A stretch of 64,000 nucleotides of DNA from the IMG/VR virus record IMGVR_UViG_3300031414_000005. The stretch is one strand, 5' to 3'. Position numbers and translations under genes: made by a program. Under the pieces are notes generated by a model that saw only the letters and a program-made list of their open reading frames with translations, was not told where the DNA came from and ran no database searches. This stretch comes from a virus (lineage: Duplodnaviria > Caudoviricetes). Of the stretch, positions 46,182 to 56,516 are shown in pieces (the first letter of the stretch is position 1; each line of letters begins with the position of its first letter).

Positions 46182-46547
46182 ATGAAAAACGACGTATTGG
46201 CCAAGTTGATTGCCTGGGGTATTGAAGTTCAGTATCAGTCTCTGCCTGCCAGAACCGATGAGATTGTACCGGGCTGTGTGTTCTCGCTCATGCCCGGAAT
46301 TGATGAAGGTTGTTTCCTCGTCCTTCAGGCAACCCGGCGTGATGGCCCTGTGGGGTTACCCACCGAAGAGGAAGCGGTGCAGGGTGTCTTGTACAACTTC
46401 AGTGAAGAACTCAAAGGGTTTGAGGGGGTGAGTGGTTACATGACCAATGCAAACTTCGCAAACACGCCGAAGGGAGAGACACCGTCAGAAGCCGGCTATG
46501 TCCGCTATTCGCTGTTCACCACTGTACACACCGACCATATCGCATAA
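46182..46547 (+). CDS. hypothetical protein (121 aa)
   Basis: AAGGA RBS. Confidence 0.8.
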   Translation: MKNDVLAKLIAWGIEVQYQSLPARTDEIVPGCVFSLMPGIDEGCFLVLQATRRDGPVGLPTEEEAVQGVLYNFSEELKGFEGVSGYMTNANFANTPKGETPSEAGYVRYSLFTTVHTDHIA

Positions 46548-46635
46548 CACATCGGGGGCCTTGCGGGGCTCCCTTTCTCAGGCCTTTCTTTTTGCTCCGG
46601 AATCCTATAACCACTTATCACTATTAGGGTTTGTT

Positions 46636-47160
46636 ATGAGCATTGAAATGTTGCTGATAAAAAAGAAGAAGAGTAAGCCGGTCGCGTCCATGACCTACCC
46701 GCAGTTTCAGGACTGGTTGAAAGCTAACTCGTCGAAAGTCATCGCGGATACCGCCACCGCCACCCCTCAATCGCGGTACCAAACCCCCAGCTACGGTTAC
46801 GCCAACATGCCCGCCGCGCCAGCGCAAACCATGTGGGGGTCACCGTACAAAGGTTTGTTCACCCATGACTCGCCGATTGCACGTATCATGCAGCACGCCA
46901 TCCCGCCTGCGGTGTACGAAGAGATCCGGGCCAACACCCGCATCTGTATGTTCCGGTTCCTGGACTACAACACCTACCCCAACTACGTCAGTGTGACCCG
47001 CAATGGGTTTACCAGTAACAACTACACCAGTTTCAGGGGCTACCATTGTAATGACTTTGTGTATTACGATGCCACTAAGGGAATCATGATGCGTTATAAC
47101 CCGTTGACGGATAACACTCCTGTTGCGTTTGACGGCACATTACTTCCTTCCACGAGCTAA
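46636..47160 (+). CDS. hypothetical protein (174 aa), MSIEMLLIKKKKSKP...
   Basis: AGGG RBS before ATG46636; the track extension to 46447 overlaps the previous gene and a hairpin. Confidence 0.7.
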   Translation: MSIEMLLIKKKKSKPVASMTYPQFQDWLKANSSKVIADTATATPQSRYQTPSYGYANMPAAPAQTMWGSPYKGLFTHDSPIARIMQHAIPPAVYEEIRANTRICMFRFLDYNTYPNYVSVTRNGFTSNNYTSFRGYHCNDFVYYDATKGIMMRYNPLTDNTPVAFDGTLLPSTS

Positions 47161-47165
47161 TTACC

Positions 47166-47555
47166 ATGGCCGAGTTCTCTGTTTTTATTACCATTGTCTT
47201 TTGCATGATCTACAGCCTGCGGCGGTATTGTCGCTGCCGGCCTCTCGGGCGCTCAGCTGTCACCATAGGCGACTATAACTTTTATGAAGCCTCTGATGTG
47301 GATGAGCTAAATAAACGCTCTAACGAGCTTTACAGGCTGTTTAAGAAGGTGTTACGTGAGAGCCACATCACCATCCCCCCAGAACACGCCAAACGGACCC
47401 GCGAAGAGTTTGATCAGTTGTTCGTCTTTCACTTCGCCATTAACCATTATAGCCCTGGTCTTGTGCTGGGTGCTTTGTGGTGGCTTGCCCCTGCTCAGCG
47501 TGACGCAGTGGTTACATCGTTTGGCATGGCCGTAAGGCGTTATGTGAAAAACTAA
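47166..47555 (+). CDS. membrane-anchored hypothetical protein (129 aa)
   Basis: N-terminal hydrophobic helix. Confidence 0.7.
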   Translation: MAEFSVFITIVFCMIYSLRRYCRCRPLGRSAVTIGDYNFYEASDVDELNKRSNELYRLFKKVLRESHITIPPEHAKRTREEFDQLFVFHFAINHYSPGLVLGALWWLAPAQRDAVVTSFGMAVRRYVKN

Positions 47556-47558
47556 ATC

Positions 47559-47584
47559 AGAGGCTTCCGCAAGGAGGCCTCTTT
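47559..47584 (+). terminator. hairpin AGAGGCTTCC-GCAA-GGAGGCCTCT
   Basis: 10-bp stem with G-U, GNRA loop. Confidence 0.7.
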
Positions 47585-47593
47585 GAGGTTGCT

Positions 47594-48079
47594 ATGAATC
47601 ACAACCCGCAGATCAGCGAAGGCGTGAAGCGGACAAGGAAAACCAAAAGCAAACGCACACGCCGGATTACAGTGGAGGACACCTTTACCGGTGAACTGAC
47701 CTACCTGTATACCCTGCGAGCATTAGTGAGCTTTTGTGGTGATCCCAAACTGAGTGGGCAAGGCATTCTGAGCCATTACCGTAACAAGTTGTTTAAACGT
47801 CGTTACCGGTTCTCTGTGGACAGCGTCAAAGAACCCCCGGTGATCATCCGTCCTATTGAGTATTATGACTACGTTAAACACCACCGCATTATCTTTGCCA
47901 GTGTTGAGGAAGTCCAGTCGATTACCGGGAACCCGGTGAAACGGATTAAGCTCCAGTTGCTGCAACCGCAATTGGTGCTATGGTACGGGGTAGTGGTCAA
48001 GTACATTGACGACCCGCGACAGTTCCCCCGTTACGACTTAGAGGACATCGAAGAGAGCTTTAAAATCACGATCGCCTAA
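47594..48079 (+). CDS. basic protein with two NUMOD1-like DNA-binding motifs (161 aa)
   Basis: RITVEDTFTGELTYLYTLRALVSFCG and IIFASVEEVQSITG resemble NUMOD1/IENR1 motifs (by eye). Confidence 0.5.
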   Translation: MNHNPQISEGVKRTRKTKSKRTRRITVEDTFTGELTYLYTLRALVSFCGDPKLSGQGILSHYRNKLFKRRYRFSVDSVKEPPVIIRPIEYYDYVKHHRIIFASVEEVQSITGNPVKRIKLQLLQPQLVLWYGVVVKYIDDPRQFPRYDLEDIEESFKITIA

Positions 48080-48110
48080 AAGAGGAGAGCCATTGGCTCT
48101 CCTCTGTTTT
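48078..48110. terminator. bidirectional terminator AGAGGAGAGCC-ATT-GGCTCTCCTCT
   Basis: 11-bp stem between convergent genes. Confidence 0.85.
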
Positions 48111-48136
48111 AGTGGTCTTTTTTTTTTGCTGTCGAA

Positions 48137-49009
48137 TCAGTTGTGGGAAACCTGAGTCTTGGCAATCTGCTGCATGCGGTTGTTGAAGCCGCTACCAGTG
48201 AACGCCTGGATGTTGGCGTCAACAGATTTGAACACAGACGGCAACTGTTCGTAGTACGGGTTAGCACCACGGATGTTGGCCATCATCTTCTTCGCCAGCT
48301 GCATGACTTCGTAGTTCGAAATCGGCGTACCGGTAAAGGCGATGCTGTGCGTCGTTTCACCCGGCGTGTCGTCTTTGTTACGACGCGCTTCGTTGGTACC
48401 CGTTGAACGTGGCATCATGTTGACCACCAACCACGCTTTCAACGGATTCTGGAACACCGGGTCTGGCTCGTAGTACAGACAGGTCATTGAGCGCATGTCC
48501 GGCAGCAGATCCGGTGGCGGGTTATCGACGGTGGACACCAGTGGGATCTGGGTATCCGAATCGCCGAGGCCCCAGCGGCTCCAGAAGTCAAAGACGCCAT
48601 TGACCATGAAACCGTATTTCTCCGGGATCAGGTGGTTTGGCTCAGGGAACGTACGGGTGGCACCAGCGAAGTCATGCTGTTGCTTACCGCCAGCCCCGAT
48701 CGATGACTCGATGAAGTTGTTGGTCTGCACTTCCGTGAAGCCCGTGATCTCGCGTGTGTGATCTTCCATCAAGGAACGGATCAGACCGTGCATGTCACCG
48801 GCACCCGGAATGTAGTCAATGAAACGCGGCGTGCTGATCACGTTGCAGACGAGCTGCTGTTGAACGTACGCGGCGTTATCAATGAAACGGGGAATCTTCG
48901 GGGCGTAACCGAAGTTACCGCCCGTCAGGATGTTTGCCTTAACGGCATTGTTGGCGTTGTACGGCGGCTTGTTGTTCGGAGCCGTCGAGTCGCTATAACG
49001 TAAAACCAT
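48137..49009 (-). CDS. tail tube protein (phiKZ gp30-like)
   Basis: 290 aa directly downstream of the sheath; tube-type motifs (EPDP..Q.P.KAWL..NMMP). Confidence 0.85.
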   Translation of the reverse strand: MVLRYSDSTAPNNKPPYNANNAVKANILTGGNFGYAPKIPRFIDNAAYVQQQLVCNVISTPRFIDYIPGAGDMHGLIRSLMEDHTREITGFTEVQTNNFIESSIGAGGKQQHDFAGATRTFPEPNHLIPEKYGFMVNGVFDFWSRWGLGDSDTQIPLVSTVDNPPPDLLPDMRSMTCLYYEPDPVFQNPLKAWLVVNMMPRSTGTNEARRNKDDTPGETTHSIAFTGTPISNYEVMQLAKKMMANIRGANPYYEQLPSVFKSVDANIQAFTGSGFNNRMQQIAKTQVSHN

Positions 49010-49019
49010 GATTTACCTC

Positions 49020-51080
49020 TTAGGCTACGGCCGGGAGATCGTCGCTGTTCTTCGCGATGATGCTGAAGGACATCTGGTACTTCGGCTTATTCGCATACAC
49101 AGTAACGTCGCAAGACAGACGGTTGCGAGATTGACGATCGTATTCGGTGTAGTAGCAGTTAGGTACTACCGTTACACGCCCGCCGTATTTCTTCGCAGTG
49201 CGTTCCTGGATCAGGGTGTTGCATTTCTCCAGGTACTGGTTAGAGTCCATGGTGCCGTCACCGGTGATGTCACGCCATACACGCTGGACTTCTTTCTCAA
49301 CGTCGACACAGATGTGCACGGTCAGCAGCTCTTTCAGAACCGAAGACTCGTTAGAGTACACTGTGGTCAGCGCTGGGCGGAAGGCTTTCTTCGTGTCATA
49401 CGTCTGCGCATAGATCAGACCGTAAGAGAAGTTAGCATCGCGGGCATCGTTGGTTTCCCACAGACCCTGGAAATCGTACATCGTGGAGATGATACGGTTA
49501 TCACCAGCATCCGGAGACTGGGTCGGATCAGCCAGGCCATTCGCGGCACCCACCCACGCCGACATGCGCACAGCCAGGTCGTTGATGTGGCTATAACGCG
49601 TATAGTCTTCATCACCGATCATGTAGCCATCTTGCATGACGATTGCAGCACGACACACTTGGGTGCCATACAGGGTGGACTCTGGGAACAGATCCAACTG
49701 CGTACGCAGGGAATAACCCAGGCTGCGCTGCTGGCTCATGGTCAGCGACTGACCGTGGATAAACGTGGACAGCACAACGTACATGTCTTTACGTTTACCG
49801 AGCAGTTCAATAAAGCTCTGCTTGGTGGTCGCGGAATAACCGGAGTCCCAGAAGCTGTTGAACGGGAACTTGGCATCATCCAGCAGGGCTTCATCCACGC
49901 CGAAGTTTTCCAGGTACGTCTGCATCAACGTGTCCTGGGTCGCCGCAGTGATGTCGCCATCTTTACCACCCTGGCCGTAATAATACACGCCGTCTGCCAG
50001 CACGTCGCTACCTTCAGCGGCATTCTGCATATAGACATTGTAATACGGGGCGCCAGACGGGTAAGTACCGGCTGCGAAGTTCATCTGCCAGAACGCATCG
50101 TCACCACCTGTTACCAGGCGCTGGTTAACGGACGCTTCTTCCGCAGCATACATCTTACCGAGGACTTCTTTGAGGTTCGCTTCATACAGCTTGATGTTGC
50201 CAAACGGCGGCGCGATGTCGCTGCTGCTACCATCAGACGTCTGGTTGCTGTAGCCACGCAGTTTGTTGACCACGTAGAAACGTTCTTTGGTGTTCTCGTC
50301 AATGGCAGACTTCTTGAACGCCACGTCAACGTACGCATCGCCGGTCGTAGTCAAACGACGTGAGGCAGTGGAGTTGATGTTTTTACGCTCAACAAAAGCC
50401 ATACGGAACAGATACGCCACCTGGTCTTCAATCACGTTGTTGTTCACAGGTGAGTTGGAGAGCAGGGTGGGTGACCAGAACGCCAGACCCATGTTCTGAT
50501 ACGCAACACCCGGGCCTGGGGCCTGGAGCTGGAACAGAGGGTAGTAGTCGGACTGCACACCAGTGGAAGAGGTGAGCTCACCTTTGGACTTCTGCACTTG
50601 ACCGTACGGGTCGGTGGTTGTGCGGTTCACCACGGTACGCACCAGCAGGCCGTCGACTGCATCGCCATCAGCGATCAGTTTACCGTCGGTACCGCGGGCA
50701 TAAGTACCATCAGCATTACGCTTATACTGTGGAATTTGATCAGCGACGATTTCCACACCCACTGTAACAGCAGCGCGGTCATCATTGTCAGACAAACGTT
50801 TAATATAAACAGAACTCTGACCAGCACCGGCCATCTGCATCAGCAGACGGGTGGAGTGTGAGTAGTACTTACTCAATGGATCAAAGGTTTTGCTGCCGTA
50901 CTCGGACGTGAGCTGATCAACGTTGATCAGTCGCGTGTCGGTACGACCGCGCTCAGCCTGGATACCGATGACCGGCAACAGCTGAGGGTATGTTTCGGGG
51001 GCGACCACGTCAGGGAGCAGAGATCCGTCTTGGATCCCGTTGTTAATATAACGTGGAGCGCCACTTGATAAAGTTACCAT
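49020..51080 (-). CDS. contractile tail sheath protein (phiKZ gp29-like)
   Basis: 686 aa; GGAG RBS; sheath-like C-terminus; divergent from the baseplate-terminase block as in phiKZ. Confidence 0.85.
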   Translation of the reverse strand: MVTLSSGAPRYINNGIQDGSLLPDVVAPETYPQLLPVIGIQAERGRTDTRLINVDQLTSEYGSKTFDPLSKYYSHSTRLLMQMAGAGQSSVYIKRLSDNDDRAAVTVGVEIVADQIPQYKRNADGTYARGTDGKLIADGDAVDGLLVRTVVNRTTTDPYGQVQKSKGELTSSTGVQSDYYPLFQLQAPGPGVAYQNMGLAFWSPTLLSNSPVNNNVIEDQVAYLFRMAFVERKNINSTASRRLTTTGDAYVDVAFKKSAIDENTKERFYVVNKLRGYSNQTSDGSSSDIAPPFGNIKLYEANLKEVLGKMYAAEEASVNQRLVTGGDDAFWQMNFAAGTYPSGAPYYNVYMQNAAEGSDVLADGVYYYGQGGKDGDITAATQDTLMQTYLENFGVDEALLDDAKFPFNSFWDSGYSATTKQSFIELLGKRKDMYVVLSTFIHGQSLTMSQQRSLGYSLRTQLDLFPESTLYGTQVCRAAIVMQDGYMIGDEDYTRYSHINDLAVRMSAWVGAANGLADPTQSPDAGDNRIISTMYDFQGLWETNDARDANFSYGLIYAQTYDTKKAFRPALTTVYSNESSVLKELLTVHICVDVEKEVQRVWRDITGDGTMDSNQYLEKCNTLIQERTAKKYGGRVTVVPNCYYTEYDRQSRNRLSCDVTVYANKPKYQMSFSIIAKNSDDLPAVA

Positions 51081-51204
51081 TGAAAGCTCCTAGACATAAC
51101 TTGCAAGTTATTATTACCGGTGTCTAATCGTATAACTAAGACAGACAATTGTCATAGAATGTCCGTTTATTCATACATACCATCCATTATGGGGTTGCAC
51201 GGCG

Positions 51205-52128
51205 ATGATCTTTCTTTCAGCCTATGACACGACTGTGGGACGCGCACAGGACGTAGAGGCATTGCGCTCACAAATTCGTTTAGCCATCGGTCGTGGGGAA
51301 TACACCCCGTCGGGCAAAAGTAGCACCTTGCTGGAGCTGCTCACCAAATCCAAGAGGGATGAAACGGTTGATCCGTATCCTCATCCTTTATATCTCACCA
51401 CCAACACCCGTGAAGAACGTGTGACCTACGACGCCCGTCCTTTTACTGTGTACTCACGTGACAAGAACGTTTCTGTTATTTCTGATCAGCGCCAATATGA
51501 TCAGATTCAAAACCGGGCAATTCTGGAAGCGGTGTTGCGCAGTCCAAACGGGATTGACGTGTTCCGCAACATGTACAGCCTGCCAATGAAAGTTTACACG
51601 CGTTGGGTGGCCGGTACCCTGGGTCGTCGTTTCAACCTGGACTTTGATGCCCTGAAACGTCTGACCGCCTTTACCGGGTGGTTTTTTCTCGGCCTGATGG
51701 ATACCGCGGAAGTCGATCCCCAGGATGACCGGGTGATGACCAAGAAGGTCAACCAGCTATCTGATCAATGTAAACTGCCACGGGAATACGTCCTGGAGGT
51801 CGTCGGCGAATTACCGGCAATCAACAGCATTCCGCAGTTTGTGGATATCCTGCGTCAACAAGAGTGGGCCGATTCATTGCGCCAGCTGGACATCCGTACG
51901 TTCCTGGTGTTGATGGTAGGTGCCTGGTTTGGTTACGGTGCCCGTGATATCGTGGGGGCGAGTCTTGAACACCTGCCCACTTTCTTTACCCTGATTTACA
52001 CTGCCTGCAATGACAATGCATTCCGTGACACCCCGTTCGGCAAACTGCTGCGGGATGAGCGTGAGTTCAAAGATGCGAAACTTGCCTACATGCGTAACTT
52101 TGGGTATGCGACTGGAAAATGGAGATAA
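51205..52128 (+). CDS. virion structural protein (phiKZ gp28-like)
   Basis: Synteny divergent from the sheath; 307 aa. Confidence 0.65.
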   Translation: MIFLSAYDTTVGRAQDVEALRSQIRLAIGRGEYTPSGKSSTLLELLTKSKRDETVDPYPHPLYLTTNTREERVTYDARPFTVYSRDKNVSVISDQRQYDQIQNRAILEAVLRSPNGIDVFRNMYSLPMKVYTRWVAGTLGRRFNLDFDALKRLTAFTGWFFLGLMDTAEVDPQDDRVMTKKVNQLSDQCKLPREYVLEVVGELPAINSIPQFVDILRQQEWADSLRQLDIRTFLVLMVGAWFGYGARDIVGASLEHLPTFFTLIYTACNDNAFRDTPFGKLLRDEREFKDAKLAYMRNFGYATGKWR

Positions 52129-52134
52129 CTCCAC

Positions 52135-54720
52135 ATGGCCGAAATTCTTCAAAACCCGTTGCTTGCGCACGCCGTGAAGAACAGCTGGATTAATCCCCAG
52201 ATCGATCGGCAGTTCATCGTTGGGTTGGCACGCCGCTCCCGGCCACTGGGTGACATCAATTACCTGGATATCCTGGGACAACGTCAATACCTCCCCAACA
52301 GCAAAGACCGTTTCCATGTCTTTGAGATTGGTCGTAACCATCCTCAACAGTGGAACCTGGCCAACAACTACATCACCCCGGTACCGTTTGAGTATTGGGT
52401 GAAAGCCTCCGAAATCAGTGCCGCCCGTAACCTGGTGCTGAATTTCTATAATGATGCGGGGTTCCAATTCCCGCTTCAGGAAACCTGGATCAAACTGGGG
52501 CAGAACCAATCGATCCTCATCGCGGTGCGTAAACTGAACCGTTTACGGCTGGCGTACGAAGACCGGATGTTCATGCGTTGTTACACCAATGCGTATTACA
52601 GCTATCAGCAGGACAGCACCACCCCAGCAAAGATCCAGGTGTTTGGCGGTGAGGTGGTATTGGTGGCCGATGCACTGCCGTGGCAGACCCGGTATCACCA
52701 GCTACAGGCCGGTACCGGTTATGCTCAGGCGTTCCTGAACGGGGTGTTGGTGGCAGACATTGCCCCGTCAACCTTGACCACGGGGGATTACATTGAGGTT
52801 GTGTACGACCCGTCGGTGAAACGGGTGGACACCTATGGCATGCAGAACCTGCCGTCGTTTTATTCCGCGATGGACAGCAAACGCAAATACCTGGTGCACC
52901 CGCCGAAGTCTGCGGGGACAGAGGTGATCGATTACCTTGACGACATTGATTTCTGGATTGTGGATCAAAACGGCAAGGGGTTGTATTACCACAAGAACCA
53001 GGCCGATGCGGTGCGGATGGTGACTCACCGGGACTACGCGTTGCCAACCGCTTATGTGGGGCGTTACGCCCAGGCCTTTGCAGATTGGGTGAACAACAAC
53101 AACCTCAGTGTGCGGATGGTGGTGCGCAACCCTGGCTGGGTGCGGAATCAAGGTTACGAGCACAATCGCTTGCGGGAGCTCTATAAACTGAGTGACGTGA
53201 AGATCGTGCGGGCACTGCTGGGGTTGGATGCGGTGTTACCCGAATGGCAGGCAAGCAACCTCGAAGCCAGCCCGTATCAGAAACTGATCCGAACCCGCTA
53301 CCAGGACATCACCCGTGCACAGGTGGCCGAGGCTTACGGCTACAACGCCATGACCCTGGCACTCAACGCCACCCCGGTGCAAATTGGTGACACCGAACAA
53401 GGCCGTGGGTTTATCCTGCCGTCCAGTTGCTGGTTTAACGCCACGGTGTATGAGTACGACCAGGATGGGCTGTTGCTGGGGTTCTATACCCATGTCACGG
53501 GTGAGAACTATTTACCGGTGAACAGTGCGTGTGTGTTGATTGAACCGCGCGCAGGGAAAGTCAGCCGTGATCTCAGCACCACCCTCGGCGTGGCCGATGT
53601 CAAACTGGATATCAACTACGGCTTCCGGGCCTACGTTGCCAGCTACAACATCGATACCCAACAACCGGTGGGGAAATGGAAAGATGTCACCGGCAGCAAC
53701 AGTTACAGTGTCAGTAACGGTGTACTGAAATGGAACATCGACAGCAGCCTGCAAATCGGGTTGGTGATCACCAATGATACGTTCCTGGGTTACAGCTTTA
53801 CGCTTGAGAACCCGGACCACACGCTGACGTTTTCCTTAACGGAAACCTGGCAAGCCGGTGGCGTTGAGATGGCGATTCCACCTGGGGATGTGGATATCTG
53901 GATGGGGGACGGCACCACGCCGTTGTCGTCACTGATTCAGGGTCTGGATTACATCCTGGATTTCCCGAAAGTCTACATCCTGAACAAACAGTATCTGTCA
54001 CAAGGTGACAAGGTGTCGTTTGTGGTGCGGTGTTCGGGCTTTGCCAATGCCGACGGGACGATGCAGACAGCGCAGATCAATGACAACGGTTGGGTGGATA
54101 AAGGGGTGCTCAGTTACAATGACACCTGGAACCTGCGTGATGACCGGGCAACCCGGTGCATTGTTGGGGGTAAACTTTATCGCCGGGAGCAACTGGTGTT
54201 TGCAGAAGGTGATACCCCGCCGTTTGACCAACTCAATGGACTGAACGGTCAGCCGTATCAAGTGACCTCGGTGATTGCTGAACTGAAATACGTTGAGGAT
54301 TACCAGAGCGAGACTTACCGGGCGAAAAGCCAGGACCTGGACACCCGTCTCAGCAACTACCTGACCTCGGTGATGCCACAAACCCAGAGCACGTTACCGT
54401 CGACCCAGGCGGACAAATACCTGCTCTACAGCCCGTTCCTGTGCAAGTTGATCAATGACATTGCGCTGGGGGTGTTTGTGGTGCCAGCCAGTTGGGAGTC
54501 TGAAGACCGGATTAACCAGTTGATCAAAGGGTATCTGTGGTGGCTCAAGTATGACCCGATTGTGTTGGGGTGGAACAGTGCGCGTATCTCGGTACAACCC
54601 CACAACCTTAACCGGGTGCTATACGTGAGTGCCAATGCGTACAAGTTCTTAAACCAAGTCATTCGTCTTTATCTGGATAACAAAGTGAGCCTGACTGGAG
54701 CGGTTGAAATCCAGACCTAA
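52135..54720 (+). CDS. virion structural protein, baseplate (phiKZ gp27-like)
   Basis: 861 aa, beta-rich; synteny with the gp28/gp26/terminase homologues. Confidence 0.7.
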   Translation: MAEILQNPLLAHAVKNSWINPQIDRQFIVGLARRSRPLGDINYLDILGQRQYLPNSKDRFHVFEIGRNHPQQWNLANNYITPVPFEYWVKASEISAARNLVLNFYNDAGFQFPLQETWIKLGQNQSILIAVRKLNRLRLAYEDRMFMRCYTNAYYSYQQDSTTPAKIQVFGGEVVLVADALPWQTRYHQLQAGTGYAQAFLNGVLVADIAPSTLTTGDYIEVVYDPSVKRVDTYGMQNLPSFYSAMDSKRKYLVHPPKSAGTEVIDYLDDIDFWIVDQNGKGLYYHKNQADAVRMVTHRDYALPTAYVGRYAQAFADWVNNNNLSVRMVVRNPGWVRNQGYEHNRLRELYKLSDVKIVRALLGLDAVLPEWQASNLEASPYQKLIRTRYQDITRAQVAEAYGYNAMTLALNATPVQIGDTEQGRGFILPSSCWFNATVYEYDQDGLLLGFYTHVTGENYLPVNSACVLIEPRAGKVSRDLSTTLGVADVKLDINYGFRAYVASYNIDTQQPVGKWKDVTGSNSYSVSNGVLKWNIDSSLQIGLVITNDTFLGYSFTLENPDHTLTFSLTETWQAGGVEMAIPPGDVDIWMGDGTTPLSSLIQGLDYILDFPKVYILNKQYLSQGDKVSFVVRCSGFANADGTMQTAQINDNGWVDKGVLSYNDTWNLRDDRATRCIVGGKLYRREQLVFAEGDTPPFDQLNGLNGQPYQVTSVIAELKYVEDYQSETYRAKSQDLDTRLSNYLTSVMPQTQSTLPSTQADKYLLYSPFLCKLINDIALGVFVVPASWESEDRINQLIKGYLWWLKYDPIVLGWNSARISVQPHNLNRVLYVSANAYKFLNQVIRLYLDNKVSLTGAVEIQT

Positions 54721-54736
54721 GGCGAGGAGATTTTTA

Positions 54737-56473
54737 ATGGCTGATTCAAAGTCCATCAACAATATGTTCAGTAGTGTGTCGAGTGGGGTGGTGGCTGCAC
54801 TGCAACCCACTTTGCGCACTAACACTGACCGTAAAACAATCCTTTTCATTGATTACGTTTACGACCCGGACACCATCGGCAACAAAGACCCGTCGCAGTA
54901 CATTGTGCCGCGGGTGGGTGACATGGTGATCGACCCGGAGAACGGCTGGTATCTGGTGACCTACGTGGACATCGAAGGTACCCTGAAATCCACTCTGACT
55001 CCGTGGAACCCGAAAGACGTGGTGGCGGACGATGAAACCGACATCACCATCCTGGGTGGACCGTATCACTATGCAACCGGGGAATACCTGGTGGCGATTG
55101 ATTACAGTCAGAACCCGCCGGTGGCCATGGTCGACAACCGCATCTACTCGACTGGCAGTATGGTGAAATTCGCCAAGCTGTTTAAGGGTAACGACATCTC
55201 CGAGAACGGGGAAGTCGTGAGTGCGGTGTACAATAACTCCGGGGACCTGGTGGGGAATGCCATTCCACTGGAAGCAATCGCGATTCCCAACTTCACCAGT
55301 AACACCCTGCGGCGTCCGGTGGACTTTGCGGCGGCACAGTACTTGGAGAACGGGGAGCGTTGCACGTTGGTGTTCTACGACGAGAACGGGCACTTCTCAC
55401 CACCGGCCTGGCGCCTGTGTGTGCAGCAGTCGGCGTTTATCCGTCACAATGAGCTTGGGAAGAAATACGTCAAAGAGATCGAACTGATCAGTCCGTTCCT
55501 GACCTCGAAGACCGACCCGAACTTGTTGCAGATCCCAATCAACGTGAACCTGGCGGCGGTCGAGTTCCGTGGGCGTGTCTGGTACAACGACGGGTCACCG
55601 GTGGACATGAACGTCACCGGGTCGAAGATGGTGCTGAATGGCCTGGATGAATACATCCCGTCAGTACCGGGTCAGATGGACAACTTCGTGCTGGAGTATT
55701 TCCTCAGTGCTGAAGAAGAGATCTATCTGGCCTCACCAGGGGAAGTCAAACACAAAGCCCGTCAGTACCGGGTGAAGACCATCGAGAAGCAGGGTGCTTA
55801 CAGTCCAAAGCTCTATGCCTATCCGGTCTGGGTGTCTGGCACCGAAGGGTACAAACTGGTGTTCTTCCTGCTCGACCTCGATCGCAAGGTGGTGTACAAC
55901 GTAACCGATTACATCCGGCTTAACAGTGTCTCCCCGGCGTTCGACCCCTTGAAGTACGGTACGGTTCAACATCTTACGTACAACGTATCTCTCAAGGATG
56001 TGGATGCTCGTTATGAAGAGTACACCCACAGACAGTCGATCGACATCTCCTTGCTGCGCCCAGGTACCGAACCCGGTTCTCTGTGGACAGTTGGATTTGA
56101 CCCGAACCAGAACCCGGCGTATGGCTTGGATATTGACGCCAAGTTCAACACGTCGTCTTCAATGGTGAACATCCGCAACGGGTTTGACCGGTACAACGAC
56201 CAGGCCAAATGGCTGGACGCCCTGTACTTTAATATCAAGCCATTAGTGGACAGCACCGTTGAAACCGTGGCACCAACCCCAACCCATTTCATCCTCTATG
56301 TGGATGATAACAACCAATGGCGATTCCCTATCGACCAGTGGTGGGCTGACCTCAATGTCAGTGCCCGTTTGGCTAACTACAGTACCCTCTACATCAAGTG
56401 GGTGAAAGTGGTGGGTGACAACAGCGAATTGCAGCTGGGTGTTTCTGGTTTGACCGTTCGACAAGTGAGCTAA
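54737..56473 (+). CDS. virion structural protein, baseplate wedge-like (phiKZ gp26-like)
   Basis: GAGGAG RBS before ATG54737; immediately upstream of terminase. Confidence 0.7.
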   Translation: MADSKSINNMFSSVSSGVVAALQPTLRTNTDRKTILFIDYVYDPDTIGNKDPSQYIVPRVGDMVIDPENGWYLVTYVDIEGTLKSTLTPWNPKDVVADDETDITILGGPYHYATGEYLVAIDYSQNPPVAMVDNRIYSTGSMVKFAKLFKGNDISENGEVVSAVYNNSGDLVGNAIPLEAIAIPNFTSNTLRRPVDFAAAQYLENGERCTLVFYDENGHFSPPAWRLCVQQSAFIRHNELGKKYVKEIELISPFLTSKTDPNLLQIPINVNLAAVEFRGRVWYNDGSPVDMNVTGSKMVLNGLDEYIPSVPGQMDNFVLEYFLSAEEEIYLASPGEVKHKARQYRVKTIEKQGAYSPKLYAYPVWVSGTEGYKLVFFLLDLDRKVVYNVTDYIRLNSVSPAFDPLKYGTVQHLTYNVSLKDVDARYEEYTHRQSIDISLLRPGTEPGSLWTVGFDPNQNPAYGLDIDAKFNTSSSMVNIRNGFDRYNDQAKWLDALYFNIKPLVDSTVETVAPTPTHFILYVDDNNQWRFPIDQWWADLNVSARLANYSTLYIKWVKVVGDNSELQLGVSGLTVRQVS

Positions 56474-56477
56474 AGTT

Positions 56478-56504
56478 GTGAGGGGGTAACACCCCTCACT
56501 TTTT
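56478..56504 (+). terminator. intrinsic terminator GTGAGGGG-N6-CCCCTCAC-TTTTT
   Basis: 8-bp stem plus U tract between the gp26-like gene and terminase. Confidence 0.8.
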
Positions 56505-56516
56505 AAGGATTAACAC

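Noticed and set aside
46447-46635. N-terminal extension of the 46447-47160 track ORF
   Set aside because: It overlaps the upstream gene and a terminator-like hairpin; ATG46636 has an RBS and is the better start.
49008-50363. 451-aa plus-strand ORF antisense to the tail sheath gene
   Set aside because: Shadow frame produced by the sheath's codon bias; no RBS and no protein-like motifs. The same applies to the many other antisense ORFs in the track.
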